Below are positions 8,494 to 17,916 of a DNA stretch of 64,000 bases, piece by piece. The stretch comes from an uncultured Lachnospiraceae bacterium (GTDB lineage: Bacteria; Bacillota; Clostridia; Lachnospirales; Lachnospiraceae). Made by a program: the position numbers and the translations under genes. Position 1 is the stretch's first letter. Every line of letters starts with the position of its first letter. The DNA lies in assembly GCA_902776395.1 (NCBI GenBank), contig CACYQC010000001.1:1419-65418 (forward strand), given 5' to 3'. The notes below the pieces were generated by a model. It was not told where the DNA came from. It did not search any database and saw only the letters and a program-made list of their open reading frames with translations.

Positions 8494-9614
8494 TGGGAAA
8501 TAATCCAAAGCCAACCGGAAAATATGCAGTCGGAACGACAACATTTACGGCAAAGGAACTGAGGGATGAGGTTTTGCATCCTGGTGAAAAGAGAAGAATC
8601 TCGGCACGCATCTATTATCCTGTAACAAAGGATTCTGTGAATGGACTTGAAAAGGTAATGTACATGTCGCGAGATATGTTTAAGGGGGTAAAGGGTGCTT
8701 TTAAGCTTCCGCTTAATTATGATAAGGAAACTGCGGCGGGGCATAATGTATCTGAATGTTATAAGGATGCTCCATGGACTAAAGGGGAGAAGTTTCCACT
8801 TATCATTTTCAATCATGGATATCAGTCCTTCAGAGAGGGCAATTCATTTCTTTGTATCGAACTTGCATCTCATGGTTATGTAGTTATGACGGTTGGTCAT
8901 CCGTTGGAGGGTGTCTGTACTGAGTATGACGGGGCTGATCCAACTTTTGGCGATAAGAAGCTGCCTAGTCTCGCAAATAAACCGCAAATCCCGAATATGC
9001 TAGCGCTTAATAAGCTTAGTAAAATGAAGGGGACATATGAAGAGCTGACTAAAGCGATTGACAAGTATCAGGAAAGGTTTGGTATCTTTCTGATAAAGCG
9101 TCTTCCTGAATGGGAAAAGGATATATATACAGCACTGGACTATGCAAAGCAGAACTTCAGTGATTTGATAGATTTCGATAAGGGCATTGGCCTGACAGGT
9201 CATTCATTTGGTGGGGCGATAGCTTATTATCTTTGCATGAAGGATCCACAGTTTAAGTGTGGTGTCAATATAGATGGTATACTGTTTGGCGAGTATAAGG
9301 ATCAGATTATGGATAAGCCGTTCCTTATGATTGTCTGCGATGATCATGAAGTACTTACTGCGAGAGTCTGCAGTATGCACTCGGCACCTGCATATAAAGC
9401 TGTGTTCAGGGATATGAAGCATGTTGGTTTTTCTGATATGAAGCATGCAATTCCAAAGGCTATGTCAGTAGTGGCGGGTAAGTTAGATGCGGACCTTATG
9501 CACGAGAATCTTTGCAGGTGTCACAAGGAGTTCTTCGATACACACCTTAAGAAAGTGAAAAGCTCTCCGGAACTTAAGACAAATGATGTGATGCGATATG
9601 CAGTTTATGAATAA
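8493..9614 (+). CDS. Alpha/beta hydrolase, PAF-acetylhydrolase-like
   Basis: FPLIIFNHG, ELASHGYVV, GHSFG nucleophile elbow, NIDG. Confidence 0.85.
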   Translation: MGNNPKPTGKYAVGTTTFTAKELRDEVLHPGEKRRISARIYYPVTKDSVNGLEKVMYMSRDMFKGVKGAFKLPLNYDKETAAGHNVSECYKDAPWTKGEKFPLIIFNHGYQSFREGNSFLCIELASHGYVVMTVGHPLEGVCTEYDGADPTFGDKKLPSLANKPQIPNMLALNKLSKMKGTYEELTKAIDKYQERFGIFLIKRLPEWEKDIYTALDYAKQNFSDLIDFDKGIGLTGHSFGGAIAYYLCMKDPQFKCGVNIDGILFGEYKDQIMDKPFLMIVCDDHEVLTARVCSMHSAPAYKAVFRDMKHVGFSDMKHAIPKAMSVVAGKLDADLMHENLCRCHKEFFDTHLKKVKSSPELKTNDVMRYAVYE

Positions 9615-9649
9615 GCTGTAAAATGATAATCTCCAAACAATATGCTGCC

Positions 9650-9680
9650 TTGACCTTTCCCTTACGGCAAAGTTTATACT
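9650..9680 (+). promoter_or_regulatory. MerR-type promoter with 19-bp spacer
   Basis: TTGACC-tttcccttacggcaaagtt-TATACT with imperfect dyad in the spacer; MerR gene downstream. Confidence 0.75.
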
Positions 9681-9710
9681 AAGCAAAACTAAGTCGTTTT
9701 GGAGGTCGAT

Positions 9711-10679
9711 ATGAAGCAGGAACAGATAAAGAGAATGGAAGATGCCATTTCAACTGATTACAAAAATATGGTTGGAATGGTGATAGTTAAAGATGGCGAA
9801 AAGGTTTACGAGAATTACTATAACGACTGCACGGCTGAATCTCGTATACATGTTTTTTCGGTAACAAAAAGTATTGTTTCTATACTCATTGGAATAGCCG
9901 TTGATAAAGGCTTTATTAAGAGTATAGATGACAAAGTCTTGAATTATTATCCTGATTATATAGTTAAGAGGGGAGAGAAAACTCTTCCTGAAATTCGAAT
10001 TAAGGATATACTCACAATGACTGTGCCATATAAGTATAAGTTTAATCCTTATACTAAATATTTTACCAGCATGGACTGGGTAAAGTTTTCTCTTGATAAA
10101 ATGGGAGGAAAAGGAAAGATAGGAGAGTTCAGATATGCTCCGATTATAGGCCCGGATGTTCTATCTGGAATTCTTGTGAAGGCAACTGGACAGTCTGTGC
10201 TTGAATTTGCAAAGGAGAATCTTTTCGAACCTTTAGATATAAATATAGAAAAAGATATTACATTTCACAGTAAAGAAGAGCAGATGGAGTTCTACAAGTC
10301 TACTGATATGAACGGCTGGGTTGCGGACCCACAGGGTGTGAATACTGCAGGCTGGGGACTTACCATATCGCCGGTTGATATGGCGAAGATAGGACAGCTT
10401 TTCCTGAATAAGGGTAAGTGGAATGGTAATCAGATTGTTTCTGAAAAATGGGTTGAAGAAAGTACTACTGAACATAGCAGGTGGAAAAAGATGAATCTTC
10501 CATATGGATATCTGTGGTGGATCGGAGAAAAGGGCGGCTATGCAGCTATGGGAGATGGTGGTAATATTATCTATGTCAATCCTGATAAGAATCTGGTGGT
10601 TGCAATTACATCTCTTTTCTATCCGAGAGCAAAGGATAGGATAGAGTTTATCGAGAAGTATATATTGACAAGTGTGTAA
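9711..10679 (+). CDS. Serine hydrolase, beta-lactamase-related family
   Basis: FSVTKS (SxxK), DMAKIGQLFLNKGKW, YGYLWW, AAMGDGGN. Confidence 0.85.
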   Translation: MKQEQIKRMEDAISTDYKNMVGMVIVKDGEKVYENYYNDCTAESRIHVFSVTKSIVSILIGIAVDKGFIKSIDDKVLNYYPDYIVKRGEKTLPEIRIKDILTMTVPYKYKFNPYTKYFTSMDWVKFSLDKMGGKGKIGEFRYAPIIGPDVLSGILVKATGQSVLEFAKENLFEPLDINIEKDITFHSKEEQMEFYKSTDMNGWVADPQGVNTAGWGLTISPVDMAKIGQLFLNKGKWNGNQIVSEKWVEESTTEHSRWKKMNLPYGYLWWIGEKGGYAAMGDGGNIIYVNPDKNLVVAITSLFYPRAKDRIEFIEKYILTSV

Positions 10680-10742
10680 TGACAAGTGTTGATAGTGTTC
10701 AAGGTTAATTCAGGAAATGTGAATAGTAACTAAGGAGATAGT

Positions 10743-11564
10743 ATGTTATCGATTGGAGAGTTTTCGAATATATGCAAGGTTTCAACTAAGACGCTCAGGT
10801 ATTATGCAGAAATAGGTCTGCTGGAACCCAGTGAAGTGAATCCGGAAAATGGATATCGTTATTATTCCATAGATCAGCTGGAGAAGATGCTTTTCATCAG
10901 CAGGCTGAAGTCATATTCATTTTCACTGGATGAAATTAAGGAAATTATAAAAGATGATGCAGAGAAGAGTGATAAACTTTATACTGCATTTCTTAAGAAG
11001 AAACAGGAAATCGAAAGGCATATTAATGATTATGGTCAGATTATGAATCAGCTGGACACTGATCTTACTGCTATAGAACAGGGGAAATCTATAATGTCTT
11101 ATATGGATGATATAGATGTGCGCCTTGTGGATGTTCCGAAGATGTGTATTCTTTATGTGAGAAACTCTGTTCAGCAGGAAGATTTTCCTATGGAGTATGC
11201 TAAGAGCTATGAGAAGCTTTTTAAGACAATCGCTACGTCGCACCTCACTATGTGCGGTGCTCCGATGGTTATGTTCCATAGTGCTGAGTTTACACCCGCC
11301 GGTCTGGATACTGAGTTTGCAATCCCCGTAAAGGAATATGTGACCGGCACAAGAGATTTCGCTCCCGGACTCTGTCTTAAAACTGTTGTGAAAGGGCCTT
11401 ATACTGATCTTACTTCGGTCTATGCTAAACAGACGGAGTGGGCAGAAAAAGAGGGGTACAAATGTAACGGACCTTTGTTTGAAGTTTATGTCACAGATCC
11501 GTCTCAGGTCGCGAATGAAATGGAAAACATCACCGAGGTTTATTATCCGGTCAAAAAGGCGTAG
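10743..11564 (+). CDS. MerR-family regulator with GyrI-like effector domain (BmrR/BltR type)
   Basis: LSIGEFS...TKTLRYY..IGLL.P...NGYRYY; C-terminal GPY...EVY..DP....ITEVYYPV. Confidence 0.92.
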   Translation: MLSIGEFSNICKVSTKTLRYYAEIGLLEPSEVNPENGYRYYSIDQLEKMLFISRLKSYSFSLDEIKEIIKDDAEKSDKLYTAFLKKKQEIERHINDYGQIMNQLDTDLTAIEQGKSIMSYMDDIDVRLVDVPKMCILYVRNSVQQEDFPMEYAKSYEKLFKTIATSHLTMCGAPMVMFHSAEFTPAGLDTEFAIPVKEYVTGTRDFAPGLCLKTVVKGPYTDLTSVYAKQTEWAEKEGYKCNGPLFEVYVTDPSQVANEMENITEVYYPVKKA

Positions 11565-11656
11565 CATTTATATTTTTTCTTTTTAAGATTAACCAAGTAT
11601 TGTATAATTATTTGTGTATTGAGTTGTTATATTTTTTAATGAGGAGGTAATAAAAA

Positions 11657-12802
11657 ATGGGTGTTAATAGGTTTGTTTTAAATGGGGTTTCTTATCATGG
11701 GCATGGTGCCATAAATGAGATTCCTGGTATTGTTAAGTCAAAGGGGTTTAAGAAGGCTTTTGTAGCATCTGACCCTGATCTTATTAAGTTTGGAGTTACT
11801 GCAAAGGTTACTGATCTGCTTGAGTAAAATGGAATTGAGTACGAGCTTTATTCGGATATTAAGCCAAATCCAACTATCGAAAATGTGCAGAAAGGCGTTG
11901 AAGCATATAATGCATCTGGCGCAGATTTTATGATAACCATCGGTGGCGGATCATCTATGGATACAGGAAAAGGCATAGGTATTATTGTAAATAATCCTGA
12001 GTACGCAGATGTTCGTTCTCTTGAGGGCGTTGCTCCTACAAAGAAGCGTACTGTATTCACTATTGCTGTTCCTACAACAGGTGGAACCGGAGCAGAGTCA
12101 ACAATCAATTATGTTATTACTGATGTTGAGAAGAAGCGTAAGTTTGTATGTGTAGACCCTAACGACATACCTGATGTAGCAGTTGTTGATCCTGATATGA
12201 TGTCAACTATGCCTAAGGGACTTTCCGCAGCAACAGGAATGGATGCGCTTACACACGCTATTGAAGGTTATACTACGGCTGCAGCCTGGGAGCTTTCTGA
12301 TTGCCTTAATCTTGAGGCTATAAAGCTTATTGCTGCAAATCTCAGAAAAGCAGTTGATAATGATCCTGAAGGTCGTGAGGGAATGGCGCTTGCACAATAT
12401 GTTACAGCTATGGCTTATTCAAATGTAGGACTCGGCATAGCTCATTCTATGGCACATACACTTGGTGCAGTATATGATACACCTCATGGTGTTGCTTGTG
12501 CTATGATGCTTCCAATAGTTATGGAATTCAATGCTGAAGCAACTGGCGAGAAATTTAAATATATTGCAGAGGCATTTGGCATAGATACAAAAGATATGGA
12601 TCAGGCAACATATCGTAAGGCAGCTATAGATGCTGTTAGACAGTTGTCAGTTGATGTAGGAATACCTACAAAGCTTGATAAGCTTAAAGAAGAGGACCTT
12701 GATTTCTTATGTGAGTCTGCAGCTGCCGATGCATGTGCGCCTGGAAATCCTAGACCTGCAAGTCTTGAAGAATTTAGAGAGATGTTTAAGAAATTAATGT
12801 AA
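11657..12802 (+). pseudogene. fucO: Lactaldehyde reductase (Fe-ADH) interrupted by an in-frame TAA at 11825-11827
   Basis: RBS gaggagg and ATG 11657 (MGVNRFVLNGVSYHGHGAI); stop at codon 57, then the same frame continues into the 11885 ORF (GGGSSMD, GMDALTHAIEGY, HSMAH, PHG). Confidence 0.85.
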
Positions 12803-12818
12803 TATTTTTTGTGTTTCT

Positions 12819-12850
12819 AAACCACCTATCTAATTCGGATAGGTGGTTTT
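12819..12850 (+). terminator. Intrinsic terminator, copy 2 of the identical 32-bp hairpin
   Basis: aaaccacctatctaattcggataggtggtttt, identical to 2045-2076. Confidence 0.75.
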
Positions 12851-12899
12851 ATTATTTTAAGAGGGATCGTTATACGATCAAAAAATAGGAGTGAAACGG

Positions 12900-13844
12900 A
12901 TGGAACCACAAGATTACGGAAAAGAAGAGTTTATAGTTCTAGATGAATCGTACATGGATGAAATGGCGGAGCTTTATAAGACTGCATTTGCTGGAGAACC
13001 TTGGAACGATGACTGGAGCGACAGAGAACAATTATATGAATATGTGAAGGAGATATCCAGTGCATACCACTGTCTTAATTATGGGCTAAAGATAGATGGA
13101 AAGCTAGCGGCTATGTCTCTTGGAATGATTAGGCATTGGTGGGAAGGCACCAATTATAATATTGAGGAACTATGCGTATCGCCTGAACTACAGGGCAAGG
13201 GTGTGGGAAGCAGATTTCTGAAAATGATTGAGAAAGATATTCAGACCAGAGGCGCAGTTGGAATCTTTCTTCAAACAGATAATGATAAACCTGCATATCG
13301 TTTCTATCATAAAATAGGCTTCGGTGACCTTGGAGCACATGTGAGTCTTTATAAAAGTCTCCCTCGAAAAATAGTTATGGCGACAGAGGAAGATAGAGAA
13401 GAACTTATGGCTTTATACAAAATGCAGGTTGGTAAAGAGTTCTGCCCATGGACGGATGATTATCCAAGCGATGAAACTGTAGATTTTGATCTATCAAGAG
13501 ATGCACTCTTTGTGATGAAAGAGGATGGCAAAATAATTGCTTCTGTCTCTATCGAGGAAGATGAAGAGGTAGATAAACTGGAGTGTTGGAATCCGGCCCT
13601 TGCTTCGGCAGGTGAACTTGCTCGACTCGCGGTTCTTCCGGAAAAACAAGGACAGGGAATAGCTAGGCAAATGCTTAAGTTTGGAATGAATGAGCTTAAA
13701 AGGAGAGGCTGCAAAAGTATACATTTCCTTGTGAATAAATATAACGAGAAAGCTATTCGTTCATATGCACAGTTTGACTTTGATGTTGTTGGGGAATGTC
13801 ACCTTTTTGAGCAAGATTTTCTGTGTTATGAAAAGGTGCTATAA
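12900..13844 (+). CDS. Tandem double-GNAT acetyltransferase
   Basis: Two acetyl-CoA motifs: VSPELQGKGVG and VLPEKQGQGIA. Confidence 0.85.
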   Translation: MEPQDYGKEEFIVLDESYMDEMAELYKTAFAGEPWNDDWSDREQLYEYVKEISSAYHCLNYGLKIDGKLAAMSLGMIRHWWEGTNYNIEELCVSPELQGKGVGSRFLKMIEKDIQTRGAVGIFLQTDNDKPAYRFYHKIGFGDLGAHVSLYKSLPRKIVMATEEDREELMALYKMQVGKEFCPWTDDYPSDETVDFDLSRDALFVMKEDGKIIASVSIEEDEEVDKLECWNPALASAGELARLAVLPEKQGQGIARQMLKFGMNELKRRGCKSIHFLVNKYNEKAIRSYAQFDFDVVGECHLFEQDFLCYEKVL

Positions 13845-13900
13845 TTTAAAGAAGAGTTTATCATTTGATACGCAAACTGTGAGAAGGGAGTTCTGAATTT

Positions 13901-15430
13901 ATGAAAAAAATTAAGAGGGTAGTAGCGCTTATTACATCAATGTGCCTTTGTTTGACAGGGTGTGGAGCTAAGAAGCAGGCTGATGTAGAGACGGAAGAAA
14001 TAACAAATAATACAAGCATTGATTCCGAATATGACAGAGAAACTATTTATCAGGTTTCGCTTTTACAAGGACTAACATTTGGCGATTATAACGGAAGTGT
14101 TTCGGTAGCTGACCTAAAGAAGAGGGGGGATATTGGTATCGGAACTTTTGAAGGCCTGAATGGAGAACTGATTGCTATTGACGGTAAGGTTTATCGCGCC
14201 GCAGGTGACGGAAGTGTTGAAGAGGTTTCAGATGATACATTGATTCCATTTTCAAATGTTTCTTTCTTTGATGAGGATGTAAAAGATACGCTTAATGGGG
14301 TAGATGATATTACGGCTCTTCAAGATATATTAAACCAAAAGGTGTCTGAACTAGGAGAGAATAAATTCTATTTTATTCGTATTGATGGAACATTTAATGA
14401 AATGAATGTTCGAAGCGAGTATGCTCAAGAAGAACCATATAAACCACTTGCAGAAGTTCTGGAGACGGATCAGACATTCTTTGATTATGAAAAAATAGAA
14501 GGAACTGTAGTTGGACTTTATTGTCCTCCTTATATGTCTGACCTTAATGCTACAGGCTGGCATTTACATTTTGTGTCTTCAGATAAGACAAAAGGCGGTC
14601 ATGTTCTTGGTCTTAATGTAGATGAGGCTGAACTTGGAATGGATATCACTGAAGGCTTCGAAATGGCTCTTCCAGATAATGAAATGTTTGCGGATTTTGA
14701 TCTCTCAATTGATCAATCTGAAGATATTGAAAAGGTTGAAAAGAATACATCTGGTGATGCGGAAGAAGAGAAAGAAGAAACTAATGCTGCTACTACACCA
14801 GAGGAAGATTCTTCTGATTTTGTTCTTCTAAGCGAAGCTGTTCCAAATGCCATTCTTGAGATCAGATATTATTCAACATATAACTTTGTTGGTGAAAGAA
14901 TAGATGGTTATGAAGAGCCTGTTGCATTACTTACCACAGAGGCGGCAACTGCACTAAAAGAGGTCAGTGATGATCTTGAAGAACAGGGATACAGACTTAA
15001 AATATTTGATGCATATAGACCTCAAATGGCAGTAGATAATTTTGTTGAATGGGCTGAGGATGTTGATGATACAAAAATGAAAGAATATTTTTATCCTGAA
15101 CTTGATAAGTCTGTGCTTTTTGATCAGGGGTATATCGCGGAACATTCAGGACATAGTAGAGGTAGTACTGTAGATCTTACTCTTTTTGATATGAAGACAG
15201 AGAAAGAAGTGGATATGGGAGGAACATTTGATTATTTTGGAGAACTTTCCCATCCTGATTATACAGATATTACTGATGAGCAGTATGAAAACAGAATGAT
15301 TCTTAGAAATGCTATGACGAAGCATGGTTTCAAACCACTGGCTGAAGAATGGTGGCACTTTACACTTGAAAATGAACCATATCCAGACACATATTTCAAA
15401 TTCCCTGTAAGCAGTGATTCGGTTGATTAA
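13901..15430 (+). CDS. Lipoprotein fusing alpha-acetolactate decarboxylase to a VanX/DdpX-type D-Ala-D-Ala dipeptidase
   Basis: Lipobox LTGC; ALDC motifs GDIGIGTFEGLNGE and GWHLHF...GGHV; acidic linker; M15D motifs DAYRP, SGHSRGSTVD, EWWHF. Confidence 0.85.
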   Translation: MKKIKRVVALITSMCLCLTGCGAKKQADVETEEITNNTSIDSEYDRETIYQVSLLQGLTFGDYNGSVSVADLKKRGDIGIGTFEGLNGELIAIDGKVYRAAGDGSVEEVSDDTLIPFSNVSFFDEDVKDTLNGVDDITALQDILNQKVSELGENKFYFIRIDGTFNEMNVRSEYAQEEPYKPLAEVLETDQTFFDYEKIEGTVVGLYCPPYMSDLNATGWHLHFVSSDKTKGGHVLGLNVDEAELGMDITEGFEMALPDNEMFADFDLSIDQSEDIEKVEKNTSGDAEEEKEETNAATTPEEDSSDFVLLSEAVPNAILEIRYYSTYNFVGERIDGYEEPVALLTTEAATALKEVSDDLEEQGYRLKIFDAYRPQMAVDNFVEWAEDVDDTKMKEYFYPELDKSVLFDQGYIAEHSGHSRGSTVDLTLFDMKTEKEVDMGGTFDYFGELSHPDYTDITDEQYENRMILRNAMTKHGFKPLAEEWWHFTLENEPYPDTYFKFPVSSDSVD

Positions 15431-15510
15431 TATTATAAAAGAAACCATTTATTTGCACCTTGTGTGCACCTTTTTGTAAGAGTTAACTATTGAATGAGTC
15501 CAGATTCTTT

Positions 15511-15548
15511 AATATCCTTTCTCAATATAAATTGGGAAAGGATATTTT
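15511..15548 (+). terminator. Terminator-like hairpin
   Basis: AATATCCTTTCTCAAT-ataa-ATTGGGAAAGGATATT. Confidence 0.6.
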
Positions 15549-15623
15549 AATAACGGTTAGGGAAAAGAACCTTATTCCCCAAAAATAAAAAAATGTTGAA
15601 TTTGGGGAATAGAGAGTGTGTTA

Positions 15624-15919
15624 TAATCGTGGAGTTGATAAGACGTGGATATGAAATATATGTAGGAGTAGCAGGAGATAAAGAAATAGACTTTGTTGCC
15701 ATGAGTCAAAGCGATAGAATATATATCCAGGTATCATATGATATAAGTGAACAAAAGACTTTTGAGAGAGAAGTAGCTCCTTTATTGAAAATAGGAGATG
15801 CATATCCAAAGATGTTGATTGCTAGAACATACCAACCGGAATATAATCACGAAGGAATACGGATTGTTGATGCTGCTGAATGGTTAACTAATGTAAAATA
15901 TGAGGGAAAGCTAATATGA
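15624..15919 (+). pseudogene. C-terminal fragment of an AAA-ATPase/DUF4143-type protein
   Basis: ELIRRGYEIYVG...KEIDFVA...YIQVSY...TFERE..PL..I.DAYPK; Walker domain and RBS absent, fused to promoter-like DNA. Confidence 0.7.
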
Positions 15920-16497
15920 ATGCAAGAGAATTTTTGGAAATATTACATGTGGCTGAGAAACTTAAAGATACTCCGCGTCACTGTACCACGAGAAATAGAA
16001 GGATAGAGAGTGTTGCCGAGCATAGTTGGAGAGTATCACTTATGGCATTTCTTCTTAAGGATGAATTCCCTGAGGTCGATACTGACAAAGTAGTTTGTAT
16101 GTGTCTGATTCATGATCTTGGAGAATGCTTTACGGGAGATATTCCAACATTCGTTAAAACAGATAGCGACAGAAAAACTGAAGAAGAGCTGCTTGGCGAG
16201 TGGGTGAAGAGCCTTCCTGAAGAAGTGTCAAAGACTATGGCGGAACTATATGATGAAATGGAGAAACAGGAAACTCTTGAGGCGAAGCTGTATAAAGCTC
16301 TGGATAAACTCGAGGCGCTGATACAACATAATGAATCTCCAATAGACACTTGGTCAGAAAATGAATATGAATTAAATAAAACATATGCATTTAATGTGGT
16401 TGAACATTCTGAATGGTTGCAGGAACTTCGGCAGGAAATCCTTAAAGATACACTTGAAAAAATAGAGATGGAAAAGCCTGATAGTAGTAAATGCTAA
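15916..16497 (+). CDS. HD-domain phosphohydrolase (YfbR/HDDC2-like)
   Basis: ESVAEHSWR, LIHDLGE..TGDIP, ALDKLE. Confidence 0.88.
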   Translation: MNAREFLEILHVAEKLKDTPRHCTTRNRRIESVAEHSWRVSLMAFLLKDEFPEVDTDKVVCMCLIHDLGECFTGDIPTFVKTDSDRKTEEELLGEWVKSLPEEVSKTMAELYDEMEKQETLEAKLYKALDKLEALIQHNESPIDTWSENEYELNKTYAFNVVEHSEWLQELRQEILKDTLEKIEMEKPDSSKC

Positions 16498-16536
16498 GAG
16501 TTATACGATAATCATGGCTCATAGAGGTAATAAAAG

Positions 16537-16650
16537 ATGATAAAAGTACTATTCGTATGCCACGGCATTACACTACCTATGGTTTAGAAACCTAGATAAT
16601 TAGCCACTTTTCTGAATATGACTACCGGATTTACAACAGGTTTACAACAG
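16537..16650 (+). repeat. attL-1: core duplicating the LMW-PTP start plus paired arm-type sites
   Basis: atgataaaagtactattcgtatgccacggca (MIKVLFVCHG) at 16537-16567; TTTACAACAG at 16630 and 16641. Confidence 0.8.
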
Positions 16651-16706
16651 CGAAAATGAGCTTTTTTGAAGCAAGAAAATAGAAGCATTTAGTAAGGATG
16701 AAAGCG

Positions 16707-16818
16707 ATGATAAAAGTACTGTTTGTATGCTGGGACATATGACTAACAGGATGCTACAAATGCTGTAAATCAGTGCTTTGAGACTATTAGAGAATTCAAT
16801 TTACAACCAATTTACAAC
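16707..16818 (+). repeat. attL-2: second, more degenerate core plus paired arm-type sites
   Basis: atgataaaagtactgtttgtatgc at 16707-16730; TTTACAAC at 16800 and 16811, with the same 93-bp offset as attL-1. Confidence 0.75.
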
Positions 16819-16920
16819 GGATTATATAGAATAAGAAGAGAGAGTTTGAATCCAATAATAACTATTAGACTAAGGGACGTGAGATGCGTCTCTTTTTTTG
16901 TTGGTAGAAAGGAAAATATT

Positions 16921-17847
16921 ATGCAGGAATATAGATTAAACGAAACAATAATACTTGGTATTGATCATGGTTACGGCAATATCAAAACGAGACATACAGT
17001 AACCAAGACAGATGTTAAGAAGCAGGATGGCAAGCCGGTATTCAGCAGGAACTATGTTGAATATAACGGCGCATTTTATATCGTAGGAGAAGGGCATAAG
17101 AGTTTTATTCCGGATAAGCAGGATGACATGGATTACTATATTTTGACATTGGCAGCCATTGCCAAGGAGCTTAGGCAGAGGGAACTGACGAGTGCGAAGG
17201 TTTTTCTTGCCGTCGGACTTCCTTTAAAGTGGGTGCAGTCTCAGCGTGAATCTTTTAGGGATTACCTTATGAGAGACAGACATATCCGGTTCAAGTTTGC
17301 TGATGTTGAATATGATGTGGATATTGCAGGATGTGAAGTGTTTCCTCAATGTTATTCAGCAGTGGCTGAAAATCTTAGAGAGTATACCGGAATTAATCTT
17401 CTGGTAGATGTAGGAAATGGAACTATGAATGTTCTGTATCTGAATAATGGCAAGGTGGCTGAGAGTAGAGCATGGACGGAAAAGTTCGGAGTGTCTCAGT
17501 GTGCTCAAAGAATCAGGAATAAGATAATGGACAAAACTGGTGAGATGGTTCCGGATGATGTCATAGATGATTATCTGAAAACAGGTTCTACTGATATTGC
17601 TGAACCGTATGCGAGTCTTATGAAGGCTGCTGCCACTGAATATGTTAATGAGATATTCCAGAGAATCAGACAATATGAATTTAATGATAAGATGATGAGG
17701 CTTTATTTTATGGGTGGCGGAGCAAAGATAGTCAGAGCGGTAGGAACATATGATGAAGACAGAACCTTCTTTGATCATGATATCTGTTCTACAGCAAAAG
17801 GCTATGAATACTTCTGCTATATGAAGCTGCGTCATAACAATAAATGA
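16921..17847 (+). CDS. ParM/StbA-family actin-like partition ATPase
   Basis: GIDHGYGNIK, VGLP, VDVGNGT, MGGGA actin-fold motifs. Confidence 0.88.
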   Translation: MQEYRLNETIILGIDHGYGNIKTRHTVTKTDVKKQDGKPVFSRNYVEYNGAFYIVGEGHKSFIPDKQDDMDYYILTLAAIAKELRQRELTSAKVFLAVGLPLKWVQSQRESFRDYLMRDRHIRFKFADVEYDVDIAGCEVFPQCYSAVAENLREYTGINLLVDVGNGTMNVLYLNNGKVAESRAWTEKFGVSQCAQRIRNKIMDKTGEMVPDDVIDDYLKTGSTDIAEPYASLMKAAATEYVNEIFQRIRQYEFNDKMMRLYFMGGGAKIVRAVGTYDEDRTFFDHDICSTAKGYEYFCYMKLRHNNK

Positions 17848-17916
17848 ATTGCGACTTAAAAGAAAATAAAACAAGCATTGTGGTGGCGCTGCTGCCACAA
17901 TGCGGAAAGGGGAAAT

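Noticed and set aside
11825-11827. Recoded stop (selenocysteine/pyrrolysine) in fucO
   Set aside because: The codon is TAA, not TGA or TAG, and the position is not catalytic.
9711-15430. Beta-lactam or vancomycin resistance determinants
   Set aside because: The SxxK hydrolase has no signal peptide and belongs to a broad family; the VanX-like domain has no vanH/vanA/vanRS context.
301-16497. Integron-like cassette array
   Set aside because: The genes are cassette-sized, but no recurring attC-like site was found between them, many have their own promoters, and there is no integron integrase.
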